A stretch of 64,000 nt of DNA from Nitrospirota bacterium (lineage in GTDB: Bacteria; Nitrospirota; Thermodesulfovibrionia; Thermodesulfovibrionales; UBA9159). The position numbers and the translations under genes are program-made. The notes beneath the pieces were generated by a model that made no database searches, was not told the DNA's origin, and saw nothing but the letters and a program-made list of their open reading frames with translations. Location: the NCBI GenBank assembly GCA_963699545.1, contig CAVOUE010000003.1, positions 608,001 through 672,000 on the forward strand, read 5' to 3'. This document shows, in pieces, positions 10,853 through 21,876 of this stretch (the first letter of the stretch is position 1; each line of letters opens with the position of its first letter).

Positions 10853-12000
10853 CCGATGAAAGGCATCAGGGCGGCCCTTCGCTGACCGATGTGCGGAAGC
10901 TGCATCATCAGATGCCGAGATGGACCATGCTCCTTCTCATAGTCGGTGTTGCGGCAGTCGTCGCTTCTCGTATCACGCACCTCATCATGATGCTGATCGC
11001 CGCAGCGGCGATTGCCTATATCTTCAGCTCGGTCATCAGCGCCTTTGAAAGGCTTGGGATCAAGAGGAGCGTGGCGGTCATTCTGCTTTTTGTGCTCGCT
11101 TCCGTGTTCGTCGTTGCCGCAGATCTTATCTTCATCCCCGACCTTAAACAGGAGATCATGAATGCCTATGCAAAGTTTCCCGCGTTCTCGTGTCACATAC
11201 AGGACGCTCTTTTGCTGAGCGCACAAAGCAGCGCACAGACATATCCTGTCCTTGGGTCAAGTATCATGAAGCTTGTTGACAATGTGTTCGGTCCAAACGG
11301 AGTTATCGAACGGACGCTCAACGCTTCAGAGATTTTCATGCAGGCGACGTCATTTATTATGGCGCTCATTCTCGTCCCTTTTTTCGTCTTCTTTCTGCTC
11401 AAGGACTGGCCGAGCCTGCTGAGAAAAGTTATGGACTGGGTTCCGCCGTCATACGTAGAGACGACTATTTCAGTCATTGCAGAGATCAATATCCTCGTGG
11501 GAAAGTATCTCCGCGGGCTTGCCGCCGACTGTTTTTGTGTAGGGATATTGGCTTCAATGGGACTCTGGCTCATGGGGATCAACTATCCTATTATGCTTGG
11601 CATCTTGAGTGGTGTGGCGAATATCGTACCGTATCTTGGCCCTATCATCGGGTGCCTGGTATCCTCTCTCGTCGCCCTGATGCAGTACAACAGCCTTGAT
11701 CCCGTGCTGAATGTTCTTCTCCTGTACGTCGCCATAAAGCTCATGGACGACCTCGTTATACAGCCGTTGATGATCGGTAAGAGCGTGCACCTCCATCCCA
11801 TGCTCCTTGTTATTACGTTGATCATAGGGGAGAAGCTCTTCGGCATAAGCGGTATGATACTTGGGGTTCCCATCGTCACTGCTGCCCAGAAGACTGCCGG
11901 AATCCTGCTCGAACATCGACGGGGAACACTGAGGAGGGAATGCGCGAGAAGGCTCATACCGCTGCATCACGTTGACAAATCTCCCGTCAGGCCGATCTAG
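10849..12000 (+). CDS. AI-2E family transporter
   Basis: FFLLKD, YLRG, NIVPYLGP, IQPLMIGKSVHLHP and GMILGVP motifs. Confidence 0.9.
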   Translation: MTDERHQGGPSLTDVRKLHHQMPRWTMLLLIVGVAAVVASRITHLIMMLIAAAAIAYIFSSVISAFERLGIKRSVAVILLFVLASVFVVAADLIFIPDLKQEIMNAYAKFPAFSCHIQDALLLSAQSSAQTYPVLGSSIMKLVDNVFGPNGVIERTLNASEIFMQATSFIMALILVPFFVFFLLKDWPSLLRKVMDWVPPSYVETTISVIAEINILVGKYLRGLAADCFCVGILASMGLWLMGINYPIMLGILSGVANIVPYLGPIIGCLVSSLVALMQYNSLDPVLNVLLLYVAIKLMDDLVIQPLMIGKSVHLHPMLLVITLIIGEKLFGISGMILGVPIVTAAQKTAGILLEHRRGTLRRECARRLIPLHHVDKSPVRPI

Positions 12001-12191
12001 CTCTTTTCTTAACCATTAACCGGCCGCGATCAGCCACACCACCCGAAGCCCATGCTCACTATGGTCAAGGGGACACGCATCTTCACATATTCCCAAAGAC
12101 CGAGGTTCTTCGGGCGTGCACCTTCGACGTACAATTTATGTCAATCTGATCGCCTTTTTGTGTCATGTGCTCCAGTGGTCAACTAAATAGG

Positions 12192-12221
12192 CTTGACAAG
12201 CATCGACTCAACTAGTATCAT
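12192..12221 (+). promoter_or_regulatory. Sigma70-type promoter of dnaJ-hspR-clpB overlapping a HAIR-like operator
   Basis: TTGACA(12193)-N17-TATCAT(12216). CTTGACA-N7-ACTCAAC (12192-12212) resembles the HAIR consensus CTTGAGT-N7-ACTCAAG. Confidence 0.7.
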
Positions 12222-12260
12222 ATGAATTAGAGAAATGCACGATGGTGAGGAGCTAAAGAG

Positions 12261-13337
12261 ATGCCGGCAGCGGTGAATGATTATTACGAAATACTTGGTG
12301 TGCCGAAGGGCGCCTCCCAGGATGACATCAAGAAGGCGTTCAGGAAACTTGCGCGCAAATATCACCCTGACCTCAATCCCGGCGACAAGACAGCAGAGCA
12401 TAAGTTCAAGGAGATAAATGAGGCGAACACGGTGCTGGGCGACCCGAAAAAGAGAGAGGAATATGACCGCTTCGGCAAGGCGCCCTTTGAATCCGGTGGC
12501 GCATGGTACGAAGAGGTCAGGACACCGAGCTATGAGGACATATTCGAATTCGGGATGGGCGATATCTTTGGAAGATCATCGGGAGCCGGGGGGCAGCACG
12601 CAAAGGGCGCGGACATTCTCGCGAGCGTTACCGTCTCTTTTGAGGAAGCCTTCACAGGCACGCAGAGAACGGTAGTTGCCAAACGGGAGTCAGACTGCCA
12701 GACATGCAGGGGAACCGGGGCAGAATCCTACGAGACCTGCCAGAGATGCAAGGGAAGTGGAATGCTCCAGACGTCAAGGGGGTTTTTCAGGATGCAGCAG
12801 GCCTGCCCTGAATGCAGGGGCAGCGGCAGGAGAGTAACAAAGGCCTGCAGGGCCTGCGGAGGCAGAGGCACGCTCATTTCCTCTGATACGGTAAAAGTGA
12901 AGATACCCGCGGGTGTGGATAACGGTTCAAGGGTGAAGGTGAAGGGTAAGGGAGATGCGGGTGCTGGAGGTGGTCCGCCCGGCGACCTTTATATCGAAGT
13001 GACGGTGAGACATCACGCGTTCTTCAGAAGGGAGGGCAATGACCTCTCGATAGAAGTTCCCCTGACCTTCGGGGAGGCTGCCCTTGGCGCGAAGATAGAG
13101 GTACCGACAATGGATGGTGTTACGATGATGACCATCCCGCCGGGAACCCAGGGAGGGCAGAAGTTCAAACTGACGGGCAAGGGGTTCCCCTCACCCAAGA
13201 CAGGAGTGCGGGGGAATCTGTACGTGAACATAAAGATAACGGTCCCGAAGGATTTGAACGACAGGACAAGAGAGGCATTAAAGGAGATAGAGGGATCATA
13301 CAGGGAAAATCCGCGGAGGGGGTTATTTAACCGATGA
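12261..13337 (+). CDS. dnaJ: Molecular chaperone DnaJ
   Basis: J-domain with HPD, four CxxCxGxG zinc-finger repeats and the C-terminal domain. Confidence 0.93.
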   Translation: MPAAVNDYYEILGVPKGASQDDIKKAFRKLARKYHPDLNPGDKTAEHKFKEINEANTVLGDPKKREEYDRFGKAPFESGGAWYEEVRTPSYEDIFEFGMGDIFGRSSGAGGQHAKGADILASVTVSFEEAFTGTQRTVVAKRESDCQTCRGTGAESYETCQRCKGSGMLQTSRGFFRMQQACPECRGSGRRVTKACRACGGRGTLISSDTVKVKIPAGVDNGSRVKVKGKGDAGAGGGPPGDLYIEVTVRHHAFFRREGNDLSIEVPLTFGEAALGAKIEVPTMDGVTMMTIPPGTQGGQKFKLTGKGFPSPKTGVRGNLYVNIKITVPKDLNDRTREALKEIEGSYRENPRRGLFNR

Positions 13338-13684
13338 CGGGCTCGAAGGATAAAAAACAGCCGGTATTCATGATCAGTGTCGTTTCGCGGATGCTCGGAG
13401 TGCATCCCCAGACCCTCAGACTCTACGAGAGGGAGGGTCTGGTCACGCCCCAGAGGACGAAAAGGACGAGGCTGTATTCCCAGGAAGACGTGGAGAGGCT
13501 GGCCATGATCCTCAGACTCACAAGGGAGATGGGCGTGAACAGGGCAGGGGTTGAGGTAATACTGAGGCTGAGACACAGGTTGGAGGTCCTTCAAAAGGAG
13601 ATGGACGAAATGATGCAGTTCCTGGAGGAGGATCTCAGGAGTGATTTTATGAAGCGGATGAGAAAAATGTTTTTTGAGGAATAG
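13334..13684 (+). CDS. hspR: MerR-family heat-shock repressor HspR
   Basis: [28 protein letters not shown]...[12 protein letters not shown]. Sits between dnaJ and clpB. Confidence 0.85.
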   Translation: MTGSKDKKQPVFMISVVSRMLGVHPQTLRLYEREGLVTPQRTKRTRLYSQEDVERLAMILRLTREMGVNRAGVEVILRLRHRLEVLQKEMDEMMQFLEEDLRSDFMKRMRKMFFEE

Positions 13685-13706
13685 TTCCTGAGTTAAGGAG
13701 GAAATT

Positions 13707-16352
13707 ATGAGAATGGACAGATTGACGATAAAGAGCCAGGAGGCGCTGCAGGATGCGCAGAGGTTTGCAGAGAGGAAGGGGAACCAGGAGCTCCAGCCCG
13801 AGCATCTCTTGTGGGCGCTCATGGAGGACGAAGAGGGCGTTGCGGTCCAGATCCTGAAGAGACTGGGAGTCGATACAAAACAATTGCAAACAGATCTCGA
13901 CAAGGAAATCGACCGTTTGCCCAAGGTCACGGGCGCGACCCCCCTTGGGCAGCTGTACATTTCTTCAAGGCTCAAGGAAGTCATCGAAAAGGCGTTCAGG
14001 GAGGCAGAGCATCTCACTGACGAGTATGTGAGCGTCGAACACCTTCTCGTGGCCCTCATATCCATCGGCGGGTCGTGCGCCGAACTCCTTGAAAGGTACG
14101 GGGTCACTTCGGACAAGTCCATGGCTGCCCTGCGGGAGATACGGGGCGCGCAGCGCGTCACCGACCCCAACCCGGAAGACAAGTATCAGGCCCTTACCCG
14201 TTACAGCAAGGACCTGACAGCCCTTGCAAGGAAGGGGAAACTGGACCCTGTGATCGGCAGGGATGACGAGATACGGAGGATCATCCAGGTCCTTTCGAGG
14301 AGGACGAAGAACAACCCCGTGCTGATCGGCGAGCCGGGTGTTGGGAAGACGGCCATAGCAGAGGGTCTCGCCCAGAGGATAGTGGCGGGTGATGTCCCGG
14401 AAACGCTGAAGGACAAGCGGGTGGTTGCCCTGGACATGGGCGCCCTGGTGGCGGGCTCAAAATACAGGGGTGAATTCGAAGAACGGCTTAAGGCTGTCCT
14501 TAAAGAGATTGAGCAGGCTGAGGGCAAGGTAATTCTCTTCATCGATGAACTTCATACCCTGGTGGGCGCAGGGGCGGCAGAGGGCGCCATTGACGCGTCC
14601 AACATGCTGAAGCCGGCGCTGGCAAGGGGCGATTTGCGGTGTGTAGGCGCCACCACTCTTGACGAATACAGGAAGCACATAGAAAAAGATCCGGCTTTGG
14701 AGAGGAGGTTCCAGCCTGTCCTCATAAAAGAGCCCACCGTGGAGGATACGATCTCGATCCTCAGGGGTCTGAAAGAGCGGTATGAGGTCCACCACGGGGT
14801 AAAGATCAAGGATTCCGCCCTTATTTCCGCCGCGGTCCTGTCCAATCGCTACATTACCGACAGGTTCTTGCCTGACAAGGCGATAGACCTTATCGACGAA
14901 TCGGCCTCGAAGCTCAGGATGGAGATCGACTCCATGCCCATTGAGCTGGATGAACTGGAGAGGAAACTCAGGCAGCTTGAAATTGAAAAACAGGCTTTGA
15001 TGAAGGACGGGTCAAGGGACGCGAAGGAGAAACTGGACAAGATAGGGAAAGAGATGGCGGAACTCCAGGAACGGAGGGATGAGTTCAGGGCCCAGTGGCT
15101 CAGCGAGAAGGAGATCATCGCCAAGATCAGAGAGATCAAGGAACAGACGGAGAAGACAAAGATAGAATCCGAAAGAGCGGAGCGCGAAGGAGACCTGTCA
15201 AAGGCCGCCGAATTGAAGTATGGGAAACTTCCCGAACTCCAGAAGGCCCTCGACGCCCAGAACAAAAGGCTTATGGAAACTCAGTCGAGGCGGAAGATGC
15301 TCAAGGAAGAGGTGGACGAGGAAGACATCGCAGAGGTCGTCTCGAAGTGGACAGGGGTTCCTGTTTCGAGAATGCTTGAGGGCGAGATACAGAAACTCCT
15401 GCACATGGAAGACAGGCTGAGGCTGAGGGTGGTCGGTCAGGACGACGCGATCATCGCAGTGGCGAATGCGGTACGGCGTGCGCGGGCGGGAATCCAGGAC
15501 ATGAACAGGCCGATAGGGTCCTTTATATTCCTCGGTCCCACCGGTGTGGGAAAGACAGAACTGGCAAAGGCCCTGGCAGAGTTTCTCTTTGATGACGAAA
15601 ATGCGATGCAGCGTATCGACATGTCTGAATATCAGGAAAGGCATACCATATCGAGGCTCATCGGTGCTCCTCCCGGCTATGTGGGGTACGAGGAAGGCGG
15701 CCAGCTCACCGAAGCGGTAAGGAGAAGGCCATACTCTGTGATCCTGTTTGATGAGGTCGAGAAGGCCCATGCGGAGGTATTCAGTCTCCTTCTGCAGCTC
15801 CTGGACGATGGGAGGCTCACCGACGGACACGGCAGGACCGTTGACTTCCGGAATACCGTGGTGATCATGACCTCCAACATCGGGAGCACTCATATTCAGG
15901 AGATCCTCGAGGGAAGGGAGAAGCGTCCCGCAGTATACTGGGGGAAGAGCAATAACGAGGATCTCAGGGAAAGTGTGATGAACGACCTGAAGGCATTCTT
16001 CAAACCGGAATTCCTCAACAGGGTGGATGAGATCATCCTCTTCAATCCCCTTTCGAAGGCTCTCCTGAAGGAGATCGTAGACATCCAGGTGAAGAGGATG
16101 AAGAAATACCTCTTTGAAAAGGGGATCGACCTGGTGCTCACCGATGCCGCGAAGGAAAGGCTTGGCGATATCGGGTATGACCCTGTGTATGGCGCGAGGC
16201 CGTTGAAGCGGGTGATGCAGAGGGAGATTTTGAACCCGCTGGCCGTAAAGCTCCTTGATGGGACATTCAGGGATGGGGACGTTGTCGAAGTAGATGTGGA
16301 ACGTGACGGGCTTGTATTCAGGAAACTTGCGGAGGCGGAGGTGGGAGCGTGA
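13707..16352 (+). CDS. clpB: ATP-dependent disaggregase ClpB
   Basis: Two AAA+ modules ([16 protein letters not shown]), a long middle coiled coil, and [13 protein letters not shown]. Confidence 0.97.
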   Translation: MRMDRLTIKSQEALQDAQRFAERKGNQELQPEHLLWALMEDEEGVAVQILKRLGVDTKQLQTDLDKEIDRLPKVTGATPLGQLYISSRLKEVIEKAFREAEHLTDEYVSVEHLLVALISIGGSCAELLERYGVTSDKSMAALREIRGAQRVTDPNPEDKYQALTRYSKDLTALARKGKLDPVIGRDDEIRRIIQVLSRRTKNNPVLIGEPGVGKTAIAEGLAQRIVAGDVPETLKDKRVVALDMGALVAGSKYRGEFEERLKAVLKEIEQAEGKVILFIDELHTLVGAGAAEGAIDASNMLKPALARGDLRCVGATTLDEYRKHIEKDPALERRFQPVLIKEPTVEDTISILRGLKERYEVHHGVKIKDSALISAAVLSNRYITDRFLPDKAIDLIDESASKLRMEIDSMPIELDELERKLRQLEIEKQALMKDGSRDAKEKLDKIGKEMAELQERRDEFRAQWLSEKEIIAKIREIKEQTEKTKIESERAEREGDLSKAAELKYGKLPELQKALDAQNKRLMETQSRRKMLKEEVDEEDIAEVVSKWTGVPVSRMLEGEIQKLLHMEDRLRLRVVGQDDAIIAVANAVRRARAGIQDMNRPIGSFIFLGPTGVGKTELAKALAEFLFDDENAMQRIDMSEYQERHTISRLIGAPPGYVGYEEGGQLTEAVRRRPYSVILFDEVEKAHAEVFSLLLQLLDDGRLTDGHGRTVDFRNTVVIMTSNIGSTHIQEILEGREKRPAVYWGKSNNEDLRESVMNDLKAFFKPEFLNRVDEIILFNPLSKALLKEIVDIQVKRMKKYLFEKGIDLVLTDAAKERLGDIGYDPVYGARPLKRVMQREILNPLAVKLLDGTFRDGDVVEVDVERDGLVFRKLAEAEVGA

Positions 16353-16637
16353 ACGATCTTCCATGCGACTGATTGCCCGGTCCTGACGCTCTTCCCCCCT
16401 TCCCTACTTTACCGACTAAATCGTTCTATGAAATGAAACCCTGCCTCTGCGCTAAAAGGCGCAAGAGTGCTTTTTTCACCCGTGACGGCCGTTTGACCTG
16501 CCAAGAATTGTCAAACGCCTTTCCCCCAGTCCCGGAAAGCGGTTTCTCATTGCAAAAAAGAGAAGAAAAATGGTAATCTCAAAGGGCCTGTGAGGGGTAG
16601 TCGCGGAGGGGCGGCAGGTTCTGACTTCCTAGGGAAG

Positions 16638-16653
16638 TGGCATGTTATTTGCT
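16638..16653 (+). promoter_or_regulatory. Sigma54 (-24/-12) promoter of the NHL-cytochrome operon
   Basis: TGGCATGTTATTTGCT has exact GG-N10-GC spacing, about 40 bp upstream of the start codon. Confidence 0.7.
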
Positions 16654-16692
16654 AAGTGTTTATCGTAAGACATTCCTTGGAGGAACTGAATA

Positions 16693-17892
16693 ATGAACAT
16701 AAGCATGCCAAGAAAGATACATGAGAAGCCCTTTACAATGCCTGCCATTTTTTTGTTTTTTGTCGTCGTCCTGCTGTTTGTTCACGGACAGGCCTTTGGA
16801 TTAGCCGTCAACTACTTCTCCTCCATTCCCACACCTGGTCACAATCCCATCAGGATAGCGTCGGACAACGCCGGCACATTGTACGTTGCGGCGTCAGCCT
16901 CGGGAAAGATTCTCAAGTATTCTCAGGATGGCTCGGCGCTCGGCTCCATAAACGGCTTTGCAAAACCGATTTCAGTGGCGGTGGACAGTTCCGGAAGGAT
17001 ATATGTCGGGGATTTCCAAGACGGAAGCGTAAATGTCGTGAGCTCAGACGGGCAGGCCCTCTTCAGTCTGGGGAAAGGCGAGGGAGAGTTCGGCATGCCG
17101 GGGGATATTGCGATCGGTTCTAACGGCTCTGTCTACGTTACCGATAGTCCGAACAATGTTGTCAAGGTGTATGGATCCGACGGCGCCTATCAGTTCTCCT
17201 TTGGAGGTTTTGGCACAGGTCCTGGCCAGATGATATTCCCGACCGGCATTGCTTTGGACGACACAAATCAGGAGATCTACGTGGTTGACTGCACCAATGG
17301 AAGGGTGGAGGTCTTCACTCTTGGAGGAGTTCTAAAGCGAAGTCTTGGCAGCTACGGCTCGGGGCAGGGTAAGCTCACAAGACCTCAGGGAATCCACGTC
17401 TATGGCGGAAAGGTGTATGTGACGGATGCGTACCAGAGCACTGTTGAGATCTTCGATACCAGTGGGACTTTTGTCCAATTCATAGGGCAGTTTGGCACCG
17501 GCCAGGGCAACCTGAAACTCCCCATGGATGTTACCACCATCGGTACCCGTCTCTTTGTCTCAAACACCGATAACCAGAGGGTGGAGGTATTTGATATCGT
17601 GAACCGGCAGGGATTGAGCATATCTCCTTCAGCGTTCTCGTTTACCGCCTATATCGGTACGAATCCCGGCGCAATTCGGACATTCCCGGAGGATAGGACA
17701 GTCCCAGCCCTCTCTGCCGTGGACTGGACCGGCGACGGCGCTGCGGAGATCCTCGCGGGCCCAGGCGGAGACCGGGACAACGATACGACGGTGAGAATCT
17801 ATGATCTCAGGGGAGCGGTACTAAATGAGTTTAAAGCCTTCGGTGCGTCTGCAAAATATTTTGCGAACGCAGCCTCTGGCATAAAGCAGTGA
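16693..17892 (+). CDS. Secreted NHL-repeat beta-propeller protein with FG-GAP-like C-terminal tail
   Basis: Signal peptide, about six NHL repeats (P.GIA.D..G.IYV.D..N..V.V), and DWTGDGAAEILAGPG near the C-terminus. Confidence 0.85.
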   Translation: MNISMPRKIHEKPFTMPAIFLFFVVVLLFVHGQAFGLAVNYFSSIPTPGHNPIRIASDNAGTLYVAASASGKILKYSQDGSALGSINGFAKPISVAVDSSGRIYVGDFQDGSVNVVSSDGQALFSLGKGEGEFGMPGDIAIGSNGSVYVTDSPNNVVKVYGSDGAYQFSFGGFGTGPGQMIFPTGIALDDTNQEIYVVDCTNGRVEVFTLGGVLKRSLGSYGSGQGKLTRPQGIHVYGGKVYVTDAYQSTVEIFDTSGTFVQFIGQFGTGQGNLKLPMDVTTIGTRLFVSNTDNQRVEVFDIVNRQGLSISPSAFSFTAYIGTNPGAIRTFPEDRTVPALSAVDWTGDGAAEILAGPGGDRDNDTTVRIYDLRGAVLNEFKAFGASAKYFANAASGIKQ

Positions 17893-19300
17893 AAGGGGTC
17901 GTCATGACAAAAATATATATCCGGGCTATCATCGGCCTCATCGGCCTGTGTGTTTTTGTCTTTCCCGGGGTCGTTGCGGCGGGCAGCGATCCGCACAGCG
18001 GAACCGGGTATGAAAACGTTTCATGCGGCAGCTGTCATATAGTGCACAATGCCCTTGGTTCCAGCCTTACCAATAATGTGTCAAATCCGAACCTCTGCAT
18101 GAGCTGCCATGTTTTGGGGGGGCCGGCAGCTAACTGGCCGTTCTCTTCAACGGATCAGGCAAATCCCGGGACGTCAGGCACCTCTCACAGGTGGGACGGA
18201 GAACATGACACCGAATGTTGCGCCACTAAACCTTGTTGCCGGTGATGCCAACAATACGTATGGGTTAAGGACGGCAGGTGAATTGACGATACCGGCCCTC
18301 AAGACCTATATGCTGGTATTCAGTAATGTCGTCGCCTGTTCTGTCTGCCATGCGCAGCACAGCCAGAACAGCACCCCCTACGACCCCTTCTCCTATAATG
18401 CATCCAGCGGAGAACGGAGGAGGCACAGCGACCGGCAGCAGCTCGCAGGTTACTCTTTCAGATACCTCAAAAACGTGGACATCGAACCAGTGGGCTACCT
18501 ATACCGCGGTGATCACCGGCAGCGTAAACGCGTCCAACGTCGGCGCAGTAAGGACAATTTCGGGCAACACCGCTGACACCCTGACGGTCTCGTCAAATTT
18601 TCCTGTTGCGATTCAGGCAGGGGATACCTACTATATTACAATGAACACTGCCGGCTCGGACTATGGCACAGCCACAGGAGGCGCAACAACCTCGGTTATT
18701 GCCGCCTTAAAGACCTGGACCACAAATGCATGGGCGGGCTACTATGTGAAAATGACGAGCGGAGCCAACGCCGGCCTGAGAAGCAGGATTGAGAGTAATG
18801 ACGCCACTACGTTGACCATTCCGGCAGCAGAGGCATTCCCAGATCCTGTGGGAAATGGCGACAAGTTTTATATCACGAGCAACAGACACTTCATGCGCAT
18901 AAATAACGCGGAGAATGAGCTCTGCGTAGACTGCCACTATTACAGGACTCCCGGTTCGAAACCGGGTGGCACCATATCCCAGACTGACGTGCGGACATGG
19001 GACGGCAATAAGAAGAGCCATCCCATCGCAAAGAATCTCAGTCAATACAATGCCGGTACTAACCCTAATGGCGTTCAGGATGGCGCGCAGTTTGTCGCAG
19101 TCCCCCTTGAACCCCAGGCTGCGAACTGGGCGGTCCAGGGAGGCTCGAGGGGTCATTTGAACGGCGGGACTGACACAAACCTTACGAACAATATCACTTT
19201 CGGCATCGACGGCACGATCAGCTGCCTCTCATGCCACAACATACATTATTCAGATTCCAATGCATCCACCGTGGATACGCCTTCGGGCTATGCGCCATAA
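17889..19300 (+). pseudogene. Secreted multiheme cytochrome c (5 CxxCH) split by two frameshifts (probably sequencing indels)
   Basis: Three consecutive overlapping ORFs supply a signal peptide plus CGSCH and CMSCH, then CSVCH, then CVDCH and CLSCH. Shifts lie near 18200 and 18410. Confidence 0.75.
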
Positions 19301-19397
19301 TGATAATGGCAGGGAATGAGAGAGTCGTCACATGATTTTGCCTGCAGTGATCAGCGCGGAATGCTTATCGAGAATGAGGATATGAGGAGGTCCGGGC

Positions 19398-21461
19398 ATG
19401 GGAGTCATTGATAACTTTAATCTTCATAGATCAAACCTGTCAAAGATCAGCCTCTTCTTCATCCTGACCTCTGCCGTGATTGGTCTGATCACTGTGAGCC
19501 CGTTGTTTGCCGCCGGCGACGGCAATCTTTTGAAGCGTTCTCAGGAGGAGACCTGCCATGCGTGCCACAAAACGAATGTGAACACCCCGTCCCCAGGGAC
19601 AACCGGATATGTGGTGTCTGACTGGGACAACACCATCAAAATGCATAGCGGCGAGACTATCGGCACATGTTCCAATTCGACCTACAAGACGAGGACTGCC
19701 TGCGTCAACAATAGCGGCACCTGGACGCCTACGAAGTGGGCCGGATTAGGGGGTTGGGGAGTTCCGTCTGGTAGGTATGGCGAGTTTGGCTGCACCACAT
19801 GCCACACGGCACATGACACAGTCAATATCTATCTTATCAAAGAGGCGGTGACCGCGCCCGGCTCTCCCGCTTTCCCCGGAAGCACGGTGGATTTCAGGAC
19901 CACCGGGGCAGGAACCGGCTCGATGGGTGACGACACCGGCGGACACACCAGTTCGGCAAGAGTGTGTGAGGTGTGTCATACTTTTGACGGAACCGGTGCT
20001 AACGGATTAAAGTATCATGGATATGCGATGGCCTCTGACGCCGGCCATAACAACAATACTAACTGCGCTTCCTGTCACGGCCACAAGCTGGCCTTTGCCT
20101 CTTGCAGGGCCTGTCATCCCCAGATTGTGCCGGGAACAAACCACCACGGCGTGTCTGTTCTCTGCACGACCTGTCACGGAATTGACCATGGGGCAGCTCC
20201 ACCGAATCCGGCTGACAACGCATTCTGCTTAACCTGCCACACGCAGTCCGGTTCAAATTCCAGTCACCATGCGGTAACAGGTGTAGCAGCGTGCAACAGC
20301 TGCCACGTGATTCCCGGGGTGACTGTGCCGCCTTCGACGAACGCTAATTGTCTGGCGTGCCACAGCGGTGCCATGGGCACGTTCGGCGCCATTACGCCCG
20401 GGGTAAATCACCATGGCAGTACTCAGAACTGCACGGTTTGCCATACCGCTGAGCCGTTTGTTCCTCTTCCGGACACGACAGACCCGACCTGCACAGCATG
20501 TCATGCTGAACGCGTTTCAACCATGAACCATCCGCAGGTTGCTCCGATGTTCACGTCACTCACCTGCGCGCAGTGTCATGCGATACCGGGGACTTCCTAT
20601 CCCGGACATAAACCGGGAATCGAGGTCTGTGCACAGTGTCACGGCCCCTTCGAGGTCTGGCCACTTACCGATGTTGCTCTTACGGCAAGGGTGGACGGCA
20701 TGCACCAGATGACGCCTGACCTCGTGATCGGAGGTATCTTTGTCACACCGACTACGGTGGCTACGGGCGGCTCGGTCTCTGTGACAGACTTTACCTCGAA
20801 CATGAGCGTTGGCGGAACGGCAGGAGCCTCCACAACAGGGTACTATGTGCAAACAGCTTGCACCAATATGCCTTCGGGAAGTCCTGTTGCGACCAAGGCG
20901 GTGAGCAGCCTCGGACCGGGCGCAAGTAGCCCGTCATCCCCTGCCACTTCAGTGCCGATGGGATCAACACCCGGCACCTTCTATATTGTTGCGAAAGCGG
21001 ACTATCTCAATGTTGTTGATGAAGGAACCAGTCCGACTGCTGGTGAGAACAACAATACCAGGTGCAGTGATCCGATAACCGTGATGGGCGCTTCACCCGA
21101 CCTTGTTGTGGCAGCGGTTGCGGCTCCTGCTTCGGCAACACATGGTAATTCCATCAGTGTTTCCGATAGGACTCAGAACATAGGCACCGTGCTCGCAGCG
21201 GCCTCGAAGACGGCTGTCTACATAAAGAGCGGCACCACTTGTCCTGCAACCGTTGCTGGTGCGACACCGGTTAATGCTCCGGGGAGGTCCGTTCCTTCTC
21301 TTATCGCGACCGGAAGCAGCACCGCGACTTACAACGTAACCATTCCTGTCGGGGCAACGCTGGGCGCGAACCAGCTGATCTGGAATGCGGATGATGGAGG
21401 AGTTGTTGGCGAGTCCAATGAAGGCAACAACATCAAGTGTAAGGCAATAAACGTTCTATAA
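19398..21461 (+). CDS. Secreted 13-heme cytochrome c with two C-terminal CARDB-like Ig domains
   Basis: 13 CxxCH motifs counted. Signal peptide present. Two PDLV...ADY/ADD..V.E..E.NN modules at the C-terminus. Confidence 0.88.
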   Translation: MGVIDNFNLHRSNLSKISLFFILTSAVIGLITVSPLFAAGDGNLLKRSQEETCHACHKTNVNTPSPGTTGYVVSDWDNTIKMHSGETIGTCSNSTYKTRTACVNNSGTWTPTKWAGLGGWGVPSGRYGEFGCTTCHTAHDTVNIYLIKEAVTAPGSPAFPGSTVDFRTTGAGTGSMGDDTGGHTSSARVCEVCHTFDGTGANGLKYHGYAMASDAGHNNNTNCASCHGHKLAFASCRACHPQIVPGTNHHGVSVLCTTCHGIDHGAAPPNPADNAFCLTCHTQSGSNSSHHAVTGVAACNSCHVIPGVTVPPSTNANCLACHSGAMGTFGAITPGVNHHGSTQNCTVCHTAEPFVPLPDTTDPTCTACHAERVSTMNHPQVAPMFTSLTCAQCHAIPGTSYPGHKPGIEVCAQCHGPFEVWPLTDVALTARVDGMHQMTPDLVIGGIFVTPTTVATGGSVSVTDFTSNMSVGGTAGASTTGYYVQTACTNMPSGSPVATKAVSSLGPGASSPSSPATSVPMGSTPGTFYIVAKADYLNVVDEGTSPTAGENNNTRCSDPITVMGASPDLVVAAVAAPASATHGNSISVSDRTQNIGTVLAAASKTAVYIKSGTTCPATVAGATPVNAPGRSVPSLIATGSSTATYNVTIPVGATLGANQLIWNADDGGVVGESNEGNNIKCKAINVL

Positions 21462-21497
21462 CCCATAAGCACTGATCTGCTTGTGGTTATCTCACAA

Positions 21498-21534
21498 AGG
21501 GGTCAGGTTCTCAGAATCGGACCCCTCCCTTTTT
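21498..21534 (+). terminator. Probable intrinsic terminator after the cytochrome operon
   Basis: AGGGGTC...GACCCCT stem followed by CCCTTTTT. Confidence 0.55.
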
Positions 21535-21675
21535 GTTCGTGACAGGACCGCCGCCTATCCCTTAGCGCTTTCCCCTCCGCCTGCGTTTCCTCTGTCCTTT
21601 CTGGCATCCATAGTGTTACCATTGCCCTTGCAGTGGCATATATATCGTCGGAAAGATCCCGGAAAGAGGTGAACG

Positions 21676-21876
21676 GTGAGCGAACGTGACAAATTGAGGC
21701 ATCTGCTCCACCACTGGATGGAGCATAATCAGGAGCATGCAGAGGTCTATGGGGAGTGGGCAGAAAAGGTTTCCGCATCAGGCGACAGGGAACTGTCAAC
21801 GATTCTCAGCAGGCTCCGTCATGAAACTGAGAAATTGAATACATTGTTTGAAGAAGCGCTAAAGCTTATGGTTTGA
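21676..21876 (+). CDS. Small His-containing helical protein, possibly metal-binding
   Basis: [18 protein letters not shown] motif. GAGGTG RBS precedes the GTG start. Confidence 0.65.
   Translation: MSERDKLRHLLHHWMEHNQEHAEVYGEWAEKVSASGDRELSTILSRLRHETEKLNTLFEEALKLMV

Noticed and set aside
13013-16364. Long antisense ORFs opposite clpB (also opposite the radical SAM, GT2 and pfk genes)
   Set aside because: Shadow ORFs on the reverse strand of well-supported genes, with no motifs of their own.
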